A stretch of DNA of 51,228 nucleotides from the NCBI GenBank assembly GCA_044226625.1, contig JBGAGQ010000047.1, positions 1 to 51,228 on the forward strand, in the 5' to 3' direction. Position numbers and translations under genes: made by a program. The DNA is from Thermoanaerobaculia bacterium (GTDB lineage: Bacteria > Acidobacteriota > Thermoanaerobaculia > Multivoradales > UBA5704). Shown here piece after piece: positions 34,908 to 43,877 of this stretch (the stretch's first letter is position 1; every line of letters begins with the position of its first letter). The notes under the pieces are model-generated. The model was not told the origin of the DNA and ran no database searches. It saw only the letters and a program-made list of their open reading frames with translations.

Positions 34908-35402
34908 TCATGCGCGCCGCCGCTTCGCGGCGAGGAGGACGGCGTCGACGATGTGCTGGTACCCGGTGCAGCGGCAGAGGTTGCCCGAGATCGCGGCGCG
35001 CACCTCCGCCTCGGTCGGGTCGGGGTTCTCGTCGAGGAACGGCAGCAGCGTCATCAGGAAGCCCGGCGTACAGAAGCCGCATTGCAAGCCGTGACTCTCG
35101 CGGAACGCCTCCTGGAGCGGATGCAGACCGTCCGGTCCGGATCCCGACAGGCTCTCGACCGTCGCCACCTCGTGGCCGTGGGCCTGTACCGCGAGCATCA
35201 GGCAGGAGCGGACCGGCTCGCCGTCGAGGAGCACCGTGCAAGCGCCGCAGACTCCGTGCTCGCAGCCTACGTGCGTCCCGGTGAGCCCGAGGTCGTGGCG
35301 CAGGAAATCGGACAGCAGGAGCCGGGGCTCGACCTCTCTCTCGATCGGTTTGCCGTTGATGGTGAAGGCGACCCGGGTCGCCGCTCCCGCCTCTCCGTTC
35401 AT
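34908..35402 (-). CDS. (2Fe-2S) subunit of a xanthine dehydrogenase/CODH-family molybdoenzyme (CoxS-like)
   Basis: GCEHGVCGACT...SC, QCGFCTPG, GNLCRCTGY. Confidence 0.95.
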   Translation of the reverse strand: MNGEAGAATRVAFTINGKPIEREVEPRLLLSDFLRHDLGLTGTHVGCEHGVCGACTVLLDGEPVRSCLMLAVQAHGHEVATVESLSGSGPDGLHPLQEAFRESHGLQCGFCTPGFLMTLLPFLDENPDPTEAEVRAAISGNLCRCTGYQHIVDAVLLAAKRRRA

Positions 35403-36277
35403 GCCGCCCTCCTCGCCCGCTCGGCCGCGATACCGAGCGCCCGGCGCGTCAGGACGCGCGCGAGGTGACGCTTGAACTCGGCCGTCGCGTGCACATCGGA
35501 AAACGGCGAGATCTCGCGATCGACCGCCGCGGCCGAGGCGTCGATCGCCGCGGCGTCGAGCGAGGTGCCCGCGAGGAGGCTACTCGCGCCTCGGGCCTCG
35601 ACCGGGCGGTCGCCGGCGCTCAAGAAGGTCAACCGCGCCGCGCGGCAGCGCCCGTCGTCGCCGAGCGTCACGCTCGCCGCGAGCCCCACCTGGGCGTAAT
35701 CGCCATGGCGGCGGGCGATCTCCAGGAAAGAGAAACCGGTGCGCGCCGCCGCCGCAGGGATCGCGATCTCGACCAGCAACTCGTCGGGCTCGAGCAAGGT
35801 GGAAAACAGCCCGGTGTAGAAATCGCGCGCCGCGACCCAGCGCTCACCACCCGATTTGACCAGGCGGAACCGCGCTTCGAGCGCCACCGCGAGCGCGGGA
35901 AGCTCTGCCGCCGGATCGGCGTGGACGAGGCTGCCGCCGATCGTGCCGCGGTTCCGGAGCTGCGGGTGGGCGATCCAGGGAACCGCCTCGGCGAGCAGAG
36001 GCGCCGCCTCGGCCACCAGCGGGGACCGCTCGATCGCGCGCTGGCGGGTCATCGCGCCGATCGAAAGTCCGCCGTCCGCGCCCCGGCGGATGTCGGCGAG
36101 ACCGCCGATCCGATTCAGGTCGATCAAACGCGCCGGCTGCGAGAGGCGGAAGTTGAGCACCGGGATCAAGCTCTGTCCCCCGGCGAGGACCTTCGCCTCG
36201 TCGCCGTGGCGCGCGAGCAGGTCGAGCGCCGCCGGGAGCGTCTCCGGCGCGTCGTAGGCGAACGATGCGGGTTTCAT
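35399..36277 (-). CDS. FAD-binding subunit of a xanthine dehydrogenase/CODH-family enzyme (CoxM-like)
   Basis: MKPASFAY, AGGQSL, IAHPQLRNRGTIGGS..HADPAAE, RRHGDYA, DVHATAEFKRHLA. Confidence 0.95.
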   Translation of the reverse strand: MKPASFAYDAPETLPAALDLLARHGDEAKVLAGGQSLIPVLNFRLSQPARLIDLNRIGGLADIRRGADGGLSIGAMTRQRAIERSPLVAEAAPLLAEAVPWIAHPQLRNRGTIGGSLVHADPAAELPALAVALEARFRLVKSGGERWVAARDFYTGLFSTLLEPDELLVEIAIPAAAARTGFSFLEIARRHGDYAQVGLAASVTLGDDGRCRAARLTFLSAGDRPVEARGASSLLAGTSLDAAAIDASAAAVDREISPFSDVHATAEFKRHLARVLTRRALGIAAERARRAA

Positions 36278-36326
36278 CGGGGTCGATTGTACCCCGCCGT
36301 GCGGTGAACGGACCGGCCGCCGTCGC

Positions 36327-37871
36327 TCACCGCGGCAGCAGGTGTTTCTGGACCTTGCCGAGGGCGTTGCGCGGCAGGATCTCGACGACATGAATCTCGC
36401 GCGGTACCTTGAACGAGGCGATCCGTTCCTTGGCGAACGCGATCAGCGCCTCGGGATCGAGCGGCGGGGCGCCCGGCTCGATGACCAGGAAGGCGGCGGG
36501 AACGGCGCCGAAATCGGGGTGGGGTCGCCCGACCACCGCCGCCTCGCGGATGCCGGGAAAGCCGAGCAGCACCTCTTCGACCTCCCGGGGATAGACGTTG
36601 AATCCCCCGGCGAGGATCAGCTCGCTGCTCCGTCCGAGCAGCGAGATCGCGCCGTGCCCCGGATCGCGCCGCGCGAGGTCGCCGGTCTTGAACCAGCGGT
36701 TCCCGAGCGCGTCGGAGACAAAGCTCTCCTCGGTCTTTTCCGGAGCCCGCCAATAGCCTTCGAAGACGTTCGCGCCGCGGACCAACAGCTCCCCTTCGTC
36801 GCCGTCCGGCACGTCGCGCCAATCCCCCGCCTCGCAACGGGCGACGCGCACCGAGATGCCGGGCAGCGCAGTCCCGACCGTGCCGGCGCGGCGTTCCCCG
36901 ACGAGCGGGTTCGAGAGGATCATGCCGGCCTCGGTCATGCCGTAGCGCTCGAGGATCGCGTGGCCCGAGATCTCGCGAAAGGCTTCGAACGTCTCGGGCG
37001 AAAGCGGCGCGCTCCCCGAGCAGAACAGGCGCATCCGGGCGAGCGGCGCGCGATCCATCTCGGGGCCCGCGAGCGCCTCGACGAGCCGCACGTACATGGT
37101 CGGAACGCCGAAGAAAAGCGTCGGCCGGCGCGTGGGCTCGGCCGCCACGAGATCGGCGGCGATCGCCGCCGCCTCGAACTTCCGCCGCAGGAGGACCGTG
37201 GCCCCCGCCGCGAGTGCGCAGTGGAGCCCCACGACCAGGCCATGGGTATGAAAGAGAGGCAAGGCGAGCAGCAGGACGTCGCCGCGCTCCCAACCCCAGG
37301 CGGCCAGGAGCCCGGTGATCGTCGCGAGCAGGTTGTCGTGCCGGATCTCGGCCCCTTTGCTGCGACCGGTGGTCCCTGAGGTGTAGAGCAGAAAGGCGAG
37401 CTCGGAGCCGTCGATCGGCGGCGCGAGGAGCGGCGCCGCGGGCCCGTCGGGCCAGCCGGCCAGATCCTCCGCCTCGATCGTCTGCTCGACGCTGGCGCGC
37501 GAGTCTCGGTCGACCTCCTGCAGGACCTCGCGCAGCTCGCGCTCCGAGAAGATCAGACGCGGCTGGGCGTCCGACAGGATGTGGGCGAGCTCGACCTTGC
37601 GGTAGGCGAGGTTGATCGGCACCACGATCGCGCCGAGACGGATCGCGGCGAGGTAGGCGATCACGAACTCCGGCCGGTTGCCGAGGAAGAAGGCGATCCG
37701 GTCGCCGCGCGAGAGACCGCGCGCGCAAAACCCGGCGGCCACGCGCTCGGCGGCCGCGAACAGCTCGCCGTAGGAGTACGAGACTTCGATCCCGTCCGCG
37801 CCGCGAAACCGGAGCGCGGCTTTCGCGGGAACGTCGGCTCGCGGGATCGCGAAGAGGTCGAGGAGGTTCAA
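36327..37871 (-). CDS. AMP-forming acyl-CoA synthetase (malonyl-CoA synthetase MatB-like)
   Basis: YTSGTTGRSKG, LPLFHTHGL, GSAPL, ILERYGMTE, FKTGD, NVYPREVE, PRNALGKVQK. Confidence 0.9.
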   Translation of the reverse strand: MNLLDLFAIPRADVPAKAALRFRGADGIEVSYSYGELFAAAERVAAGFCARGLSRGDRIAFFLGNRPEFVIAYLAAIRLGAIVVPINLAYRKVELAHILSDAQPRLIFSERELREVLQEVDRDSRASVEQTIEAEDLAGWPDGPAAPLLAPPIDGSELAFLLYTSGTTGRSKGAEIRHDNLLATITGLLAAWGWERGDVLLLALPLFHTHGLVVGLHCALAAGATVLLRRKFEAAAIAADLVAAEPTRRPTLFFGVPTMYVRLVEALAGPEMDRAPLARMRLFCSGSAPLSPETFEAFREISGHAILERYGMTEAGMILSNPLVGERRAGTVGTALPGISVRVARCEAGDWRDVPDGDEGELLVRGANVFEGYWRAPEKTEESFVSDALGNRWFKTGDLARRDPGHGAISLLGRSSELILAGGFNVYPREVEEVLLGFPGIREAAVVGRPHPDFGAVPAAFLVIEPGAPPLDPEALIAFAKERIASFKVPREIHVVEILPRNALGKVQKHLLPR

Positions 37872-37878
37872 AACCTCC

Positions 37879-38523
37879 CTACCCTTCGACCGCCCGGCAG
37901 CATTCCGGCAGCTCGGCGCGCAGGAGCGCGAGGGCGTGAGAGGCCTTGTGCAGGAAATCGGGACTGCTGTCGATCACGAACCGGCGCGGGTGCGCCGACC
38001 AGACCTCCAGGATGCGCTCGTCGATGGCGTGCGCCTGGCGCGCCGACTCGATCCGCAGCTCGTTCGTGTGGTTGTATCCCTGGCGCGGGGTCGGGGTCCT
38101 CAGGTGGATGACCGCCGCGTAGCGCGCGAGCTGCTCGGGAAGCGTCGTCTCCTGTTCCTCGAAATAACTCGCCTCGGAACCGGGCCAGTAGGCAAGCCCG
38201 TCGATCGCTCCGCGATCGCAGAGCGTGAGCGCCGCGCGCCCGTCCTGCTCGGCGAGCCTTTCGAGCTCGCCTTGGACCCGGAAGATCGTCCGCTGCGCGG
38301 CGCGCAGCCCGGCCTCCGAGTCGATGCGCGGGAACCCCCCTCCGAACAGAAGGCTCGCCGACTCCGGGAGGAAGACCGAGTGGATGCAGAGGCTCCGTTG
38401 CGCCATCTCGAGAACGGCCGTCTTGCCGGCTCCGGGACCTCCGGTGACCACCACTCGGTGGACCGAATGGCTCGTTCGGACGCAGCCGCAGCGCTTCGAG
38501 CCGGTGACGAAATCGGTCTTCAA
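37879..38523 (-). CDS. P-loop ATPase/kinase (AAA_28, NadR-like)
   Basis: VVVTGGPGAGKT, PESA, CDRGAIDGLAY. Confidence 0.8.
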   Translation of the reverse strand: MKTDFVTGSKRCGCVRTSHSVHRVVVTGGPGAGKTAVLEMAQRSLCIHSVFLPESASLLFGGGFPRIDSEAGLRAAQRTIFRVQGELERLAEQDGRAALTLCDRGAIDGLAYWPGSEASYFEEQETTLPEQLARYAAVIHLRTPTPRQGYNHTNELRIESARQAHAIDERILEVWSAHPRRFVIDSSPDFLHKASHALALLRAELPECCRAVEG

Positions 38524-39833
38524 GCCGGGCTCCCGGGACGGGCCCGAGGCTCGACCGACGAGACCGGCTTGATGCCGATCAGACCGTAATCCTGGGTGCC
38601 GAACAGCAGGTCGTCGATCCGGTCGCGCAGGCGGTTCACCCGGTCGGCGAGGAGGTGCTGCTCCTCCGGGATCTCCCGGAGGTCGATCTCCGGCAGACGC
38701 TCGCTCGCCGGGAAGGGGCGCAGCTCGAGCCGCTCGATCGGATCGAAACCCGCGAGCTCGTAATGGAGCTTCAGGCTCTCCGGATGCACCGGGCGGCGAT
38801 GGGTCGGATCGAGCCAGAAGTTGCGCGCGGCGACCACCAGCGACAGCGGGTTCGGCGTCTCGAGGATCAGCGCGCCACCCGGCCGCAGGGCGCGGTAGGC
38901 GAGGCGCACCAGCCGGTCGAGCGACTCGGACGGCAGGTGCTCGATGACGTGGAACGAGACGATCGCGCCGAGCGAGCCTTCGTCCAGGCTCGCGAGGTGC
39001 GAGAACAGATCGCCCACCTCCGCCTCGAGACCGCGCTCGCGGCAGAGACCGACCATGCGGGCGGAGGAATCGACGCCGCGACCGGAGATCCCTCGTTCAC
39101 GCAGCAGCGCGAGCGACTCGCCGCGGCCGCAGCCGAGGTCGAGCACCGGCGAGCGATCGGCGAGCCAGGGCAGATAGACCGAGATCCGCTGGCCGATCTC
39201 CTCCTCGGTCCCGCGGTAGCGGCGCTCGAGCTCGAGGTAGGCGTGCTCCTCGCGCACCCGGATCAGGTCGTCGATCGATGGCGCGTCGGAGACCTGCGGT
39301 TCGGAGGCGCGCGTTTCAGCCGACCCGCCTTCGGCCACGGACAGCGCCGCACCGAGCGAAGCGAGGAGATCGCGCGACTCGCGGCGGACCCGGTCGAGCT
39401 TCTGGTCGACGCGCGAAAAGAGCGCGTCGTTGTGCTGCATCAGCTCGCGGATTCCCTTGGCGTCCAGTTCTTCGAGATACGCCAGACGGTCGTGGTGCCG
39501 CACCCGTTCGGCGTCCTGGCGTTCGAGCTGCTCGAGCAGGATCAGGTTGAAGATCCGCTGGCGTTCCCAAAGGTCGTTCTGCGGCACCTTGACGAGCGGC
39601 CGGATCAACCGCTTCCAGGCGACGAGGAGGCGGCCCAGAATGCCGCGATGGCTGCGGATCGGGAACTCCACGTCCCGTTTCCACAGCCAACGCCAGTCGG
39701 AAAGCTTGCGGGTCGGCTCGATCAGGAAATCGTCGAGCCGGGGCTCTCTCGCGGGAACGTCCTTCGCGGCGAGAGAGGTTGCGGGCGTTTCGATCGGGTG
39801 CGTGGGGCTTGCGCCCTGGCCGCGATCCGACAT
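38520..39833 (-). CDS. Class I SAM-dependent methyltransferase with N-terminal coiled coil (glycan-capping type)
   Basis: ERRYRGTEEEI, VLDLGCGRGE, FHVIEHL, LILETPNP, FWLDPTH. Confidence 0.85.
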   Translation of the reverse strand: MSDRGQGASPTHPIETPATSLAAKDVPAREPRLDDFLIEPTRKLSDWRWLWKRDVEFPIRSHRGILGRLLVAWKRLIRPLVKVPQNDLWERQRIFNLILLEQLERQDAERVRHHDRLAYLEELDAKGIRELMQHNDALFSRVDQKLDRVRRESRDLLASLGAALSVAEGGSAETRASEPQVSDAPSIDDLIRVREEHAYLELERRYRGTEEEIGQRISVYLPWLADRSPVLDLGCGRGESLALLRERGISGRGVDSSARMVGLCRERGLEAEVGDLFSHLASLDEGSLGAIVSFHVIEHLPSESLDRLVRLAYRALRPGGALILETPNPLSLVVAARNFWLDPTHRRPVHPESLKLHYELAGFDPIERLELRPFPASERLPEIDLREIPEEQHLLADRVNRLRDRIDDLLFGTQDYGLIGIKPVSSVEPRARPGSPA

Positions 39834-39856
39834 CTCGAAACGCCCGGGGGCAGGGT

Positions 39857-40303
39857 TTACCGCTCCGGAACGACCGCGAGCGCCAGCTCGGCCACGACGT
39901 CCGGATGCAGGTCGACGCGCACGGTGAAATCGCCGAGCCTCTTGATGCCGCCGGAGAGGTCGATCCGCCGTTTGTCGACCGAGATCCCCTTGGCCTCGAG
40001 CGCCTGGGCCACGTCGGCCGCGGTCACCGAGCCGTAGAGAACCTCGTTCTCGCCGACTCGCTTGGCGATCTCGATCTTGACCCCGGCGATCTCGGCGGCG
40101 ATCGCCGCCGCCGCGTCGCGCTCGCGAGCGTGACGGTCGTCGATCTTCTTCTTCTGGTGCGAGAAGTACGCCTTGTTGGCGTTCGTCGCTTCGAGCACCA
40201 GGCCCTGCGGGATGAGGAAATTGCGCGCGTAACCGGGCTTGACGTCGACCTCATGGCCACGCTTGCCCAGGTTCCGCTGATCGGAAAGCAGGATCACACG
40301 CAT
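39857..40303 (-). CDS. rplI: 50S ribosomal protein L9
   Basis: MRVILL..LGKRG..VDVKPGYARNFLIP, LYGSVT, IKRLG. Confidence 0.98.
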   Translation of the reverse strand: MRVILLSDQRNLGKRGHEVDVKPGYARNFLIPQGLVLEATNANKAYFSHQKKKIDDRHARERDAAAAIAAEIAGVKIEIAKRVGENEVLYGSVTAADVAQALEAKGISVDKRRIDLSGGIKRLGDFTVRVDLHPDVVAELALAVVPER

Positions 40304-40316
40304 CGCTCGCTGTCCT

Positions 40317-40550
40317 TTAATCGGTGGTGAACGGCAACAGCGCGAGATGACGCGCCCGCTTGATCGCCGTTTGGAGAAGTCGCTGGTGGCGGGCGCAGGT
40401 GCCCGAGATGCGGCGCGGGAGGATCTTCGAGCGCTCCGGCACGAATCCTTGCAGGAGCTTCAGGTCCTTGTAGTCGGCGTGCTCGATGCGATCGACGCAG
40501 AACTTGCAGACCTTCCGGCGGCGGAAGAAAACCTTCTTCGGACGAGCCAT
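40317..40550 (-). CDS. rpsR: 30S ribosomal protein S18 (Zn-binding C+ form)
   Basis: [34 protein letters not shown]. Confidence 0.98.
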   Translation of the reverse strand: MARPKKVFFRRRKVCKFCVDRIEHADYKDLKLLQGFVPERSKILPRRISGTCARHQRLLQTAIKRARHLALLPFTTD

Positions 40551-40553
40551 CGA

Positions 40554-41030
40554 TCAGTCCTCCCTACCGGACATGTAACCGCCACGGTCGCCGCGATCTC
40601 CACGGTCCCCGCGATCTCCGCGCCCACCCCGGTCGCCGCGATCCATACGGTCGTCGCGATCGCCGCGATCGCCACGGTCGCCGTCGGCGTCGGGGGATGG
40701 GTTCTTCCGCGGCACGACCCGCGCCGCGCGCTTCAGGTCTTCGTCGGTGCGAACGGTCAGGAAGCGCAGGACCTTGTCGTTCTGCAGCAGCCGGCGCTCG
40801 ACGTCGGCGAGCCCTTGGGCTCCGCCCTCGCTCGAGAAGTAGAGGAGGACGTACTTGCCCTCGGTGACCTTGTTGATGGGGTAGGCGAGCTTGCGCCGGC
40901 CCCAGCTCTCTTCCTTGGTGATCTCCACCCCCTTGGAAGTGAGCAGCTGTTTGTAATCGTCGGTCATCGCGACGACCTCTTCGTCGGAAAGACGAGGGTC
41001 TGCCACGAAGCACAGCTCGTAGGTACGCAT
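40554..41030 (-). CDS. rpsF: 30S ribosomal protein S6 with Arg-Gly-Asp repeat tail
   Basis: MRTYE, WGRRKLAYPINK..EGKY, VLRFLTVR; GGAGG RBS. Confidence 0.97.
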   Translation of the reverse strand: MRTYELCFVADPRLSDEEVVAMTDDYKQLLTSKGVEITKEESWGRRKLAYPINKVTEGKYVLLYFSSEGGAQGLADVERRLLQNDKVLRFLTVRTDEDLKRAARVVPRKNPSPDADGDRGDRGDRDDRMDRGDRGGRGDRGDRGDRGDRGGYMSGRED

Positions 41031-41215
41031 GTCGAGTTACGAACCTCCCTATGGCCTGGGATCGGTCCCGCGTCGTGCGCGGAACAGAGAGGGTGGAAAG
41101 GGCCGGAGACGATTCCGGCCGCGAGCCGATGATTCTAAACGCGCCCAGGGCCGCCGCGCAAGTCGGGCGCATCGGAGGCGCTGAACGGGCCTTCGGCCGG
41201 AAGGGGGCGACCGAT

Positions 41216-41875
41216 CTACGAGCCGTCGCTCGGCGGCGCCACCATCCCCTTGCGCAAGGCGAACCCGACCACCTGCGCCCGGTTGTGGACGTGGAGCTTG
41301 TCGAGAATGTTGCGGACGTGGAACTTGACCGTGTTCTCCGAAACGCCGAGCTGCTTGGCCAGCTTTCGGTTCGAGGTCACACCGGCGACCATCAGCTCGA
41401 GCACCTCGCGCTCGCGATCGGTGAGTGCGTCGGGGTCCTCGACCTCCTTCTTGGCCGAGGCCGGCCGCGCGAGCTCGGCAAGGACCTTCCGCGCGAGCAC
41501 CGGCGTGAGCGCGGGCTCGCCGCGCTCCAGCCCCTCGAGCAGCGGGAAGAACCCGCTCGCCTCCAGATCCTTCAGCATGTAGCCCTGGGCGCCCGCCTTG
41601 ATCGCCTCGAACAGCTTCGAGTCGTCGTCCGAGGCGGTGAGCATGGCCACCTTGACCTCGGGCAGCTCGGCGCAGATCGTCCGCGTCGCAGCAAGGCCGT
41701 CCATCTCCGGCATCGAAAGATCCATCAGCACGACGGTCGGCTTGAGCCGCCGGGCGAGCTCGACCGCCTCGCGGCCGTTCTTCGCTTCGCCGACCACTTC
41801 GTATCCGCGCGCTTCGAGCAGGCTTCGGAGGCTGTCGCGAAACAGGGCGTGGTCGTCGGCGATCAAGATCTTCAC
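41216..41875 (-). CDS. NarL/LuxR family response regulator
   Basis: ILIADDH, LMDLSMPEMDG, LTDREREVL, SENTVKFHVRNILDKL. Confidence 0.95.
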   Translation of the reverse strand: MKILIADDHALFRDSLRSLLEARGYEVVGEAKNGREAVELARRLKPTVVLMDLSMPEMDGLAATRTICAELPEVKVAMLTASDDDSKLFEAIKAGAQGYMLKDLEASGFFPLLEGLERGEPALTPVLARKVLAELARPASAKKEVEDPDALTDREREVLELMVAGVTSNRKLAKQLGVSENTVKFHVRNILDKLHVHNRAQVVGFALRKGMVAPPSDGS

Positions 41876-43233
41876 GAAGGAGCTCCTTCCGCCCGGAGGG
41901 CCGGCACCATCGGCAGGTCGGCCACGACGCGCGCGCCCTGGCCAGGTTGGGTCTCGATGCGAAGCATACCGCCGACCGACTGCGCCCGCTCCTTCATCGT
42001 CGTGAGCCCGAAACGAGGAAAATCACTCCGGCCGAGCGCGGTCGGCTCGAACCCGACGCCGTCGTCCTCGATGGTCAGATGGAGGCGCCCCTCGGCGGGA
42101 CGCATCCGGATCGTGACGCAGCGCGCACGGGCATGCTTGCGAACGTTGGCCAGCGCTTCCTGGACGATCCGCACCACCTGGAGCTCGACGGGGGGCGCGA
42201 GGGCGAGCTCCGGCTCGACCTCGATCGCGATCGCGATCTCGTTCTGATCGCGCCACCGGTCGACGTAGCTCGTCAGGGTGTCGACAAAGGTTCCGTGCTC
42301 GCCGAGCCCCACGCGCAGCCCGAGGATGCCCTCCCGGACGTCCGCGTACGCCTCGCGGGCGGCGGCGGCCAGCTGGTCGATCTGCGCCGACGCCTCGGCC
42401 GGGCGGCCGTAGTTGAAGTGCTCCTTGGCCGCCTGGGCCTTGGTGTTCACGTAGGCGAGGATCTGCGCCATGCCGTCGTGCATCTCGTGGGCGATGTGCA
42501 GACGCTCCTCGGAGACCGCGACCGCGCGGAGCCGCTCGTGAAGGTGCGAGATCTCGATCGCCACCGCCGCCGTCGCGGCGAAGCGGACCAACGACTCCTC
42601 GTCCTCGAGCGTGAAGCCGTCCGGGGCGTGGCTCTCGGCCAGGTACAGGTTGCCCCGGAACGGCGCGCCGCAGACGATGGGCACGGCGAGAAGCGTGCGG
42701 ATCTCGGGATGGTGCGCGGGGAGTCCGATCGAGCGCGGATGGGAGGCGACGTCCTTCAACCGCAGTCGCTGTCCTTCGCGCAACGGCAGCCCCAAGACGC
42801 CCTTGCCTTCCGGCGGGCGGCCGATCCGCTCGCGCTCTTCGGCCGAGATCCCGGTGGTCACGAAAGCGAGGATCCGCTGGCCCGAATCGAGCACCGAGAT
42901 CGCGCCGTAGCGGGCGCCGAGGAGCTGGCAGGCCTGCTCCACCACGCGTTGCAGCACCGCGTCGAGCGCGAGCTCGCCATAGACCGCCAGCGACGCCGTA
43001 CGGACCGATTCCAGCTCTCGGTTCTGGCGCTCGACCCGGCCGTAGAGGCGGGCGAGCTGCTCGAAGGCGAAACCGAACACCACCATCATGCCGAACGCGA
43101 CCACCAAGTCCATCGCCAGCCGGCCGGCGACGGACGAAAAGAACGGCTCGAGGACTTTTCGAGCCAGCTCGATGACGATCAGGTAGACGAGAAGCGCCAG
43201 GATGGCGACCCCTCGAAGGCGCTTGAGATTCAC
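41872..43233 (-). CDS. GAF-domain sensor histidine kinase (HisKA_3 type)
   Basis: Two TM segments, GAF domain, ERLHIAHEMHDGMAQ, QEALANVRKHA, DDGVGF, FGL..MKER. Confidence 0.93.
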   Translation of the reverse strand: MNLKRLRGVAILALLVYLIVIELARKVLEPFFSSVAGRLAMDLVVAFGMMVVFGFAFEQLARLYGRVERQNRELESVRTASLAVYGELALDAVLQRVVEQACQLLGARYGAISVLDSGQRILAFVTTGISAEERERIGRPPEGKGVLGLPLREGQRLRLKDVASHPRSIGLPAHHPEIRTLLAVPIVCGAPFRGNLYLAESHAPDGFTLEDEESLVRFAATAAVAIEISHLHERLRAVAVSEERLHIAHEMHDGMAQILAYVNTKAQAAKEHFNYGRPAEASAQIDQLAAAAREAYADVREGILGLRVGLGEHGTFVDTLTSYVDRWRDQNEIAIAIEVEPELALAPPVELQVVRIVQEALANVRKHARARCVTIRMRPAEGRLHLTIEDDGVGFEPTALGRSDFPRFGLTTMKERAQSVGGMLRIETQPGQGARVVADLPMVPALRAEGAPS

Positions 43234-43294
43234 GATCCGCGCGACTCCAAGCCCCGAGATCCGGGGCGCTTGAGAGAGAGAACTCTCGGAGAGT

Positions 43295-43510
43295 CTACTC
43301 GGATCGCACCCGGGAGAGGGTGCTCCAGCCGAAGAAGGCGTAAACCGGGCTCCAACCGCACAACCCGGTCGCCAAGGGAAGCCAGGCGAAGATGCGGCTC
43401 GTCGCTTCGAGGAGGCCGGACGAACCGCCGAAGAATCCGAGGTAGAGCAGGACCGCTCCGATTCCTATCCTCACCATACGGTCCCAGTTCGCCAGGTTGC
43501 GGTTCGACAT
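43295..43510 (-). CDS. DUF2892 (YgaP-like) small membrane protein
   Basis: RNLANWDRMVRIGIG...LATGLCGWSPVYAFFGWST. Confidence 0.8.
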   Translation of the reverse strand: MSNRNLANWDRMVRIGIGAVLLYLGFFGGSSGLLEATSRIFAWLPLATGLCGWSPVYAFFGWSTLSRVRSE

Positions 43511-43610
43511 CGTGCGCTCGATCTTCCGTCCGACGTACGTCGCCGGGTACCCCCCGCGGGGTGGTGGCGCGACCTACCCTGAGGAGTGGGCTGAAGGGCG
43601 TGAGGATCGG

Positions 43611-43733
43611 CTCTTCCCGCTCGCGATCCGCCAGCAGCGGCAGCTCGCCGAGCGGCGTCTCCGGTGCGGCCGCCGCGAACGCCAACAACCGCCGCCATTG
43701 CTCCGCCCAGCGCTCCAGCGTCGTGCCGTCGAT
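43611..43733 (-). pseudogene. NRPS condensation-domain C-terminal/linker remnant
   Basis: IDGTTLERWAEQWRRLLAFAAAAPETPLGELPLLADRERE resembles the F(D)xxTIERxxxxxxxLLxxxxxxPxxxLxxLPLLxxxER end of NRPS C domains. Confidence 0.6.
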
Positions 43734-43736
43734 CGG

Positions 43737-43853
43737 CCCCCCTCCTAGCCTCCCCCCGCGAGCGGGGGGAGGGACCCTTTGGAGAGCCGGTATTGGAAGC
43801 CGGAACGGACAAGCGCCTCCTCCCCCGCTTGCGGGGGAGGATCGAGGTGGGGG
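43737..43853. repeat. Inverted pair of GC-rich palindromic intergenic repeats (CTCCCCC-GCnnGC-GGGGGAG type)
   Basis: CCTCCCCCCGCGAGCGGGGGGAGG (43749-43772) and TCCTCCCCCGCTTGCGGGGGAGGA (43818-43841), with mutually inverted flanks. Confidence 0.8.
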
Positions 43854-43877
43854 CGGCGAGAGATCCGTAGCTTCCGC

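Noticed and set aside
34908-36277. Aerobic CO dehydrogenase
   Set aside because: No CoxL with the AYxCSFR motif is present; M and S subunits alone do not define the substrate.
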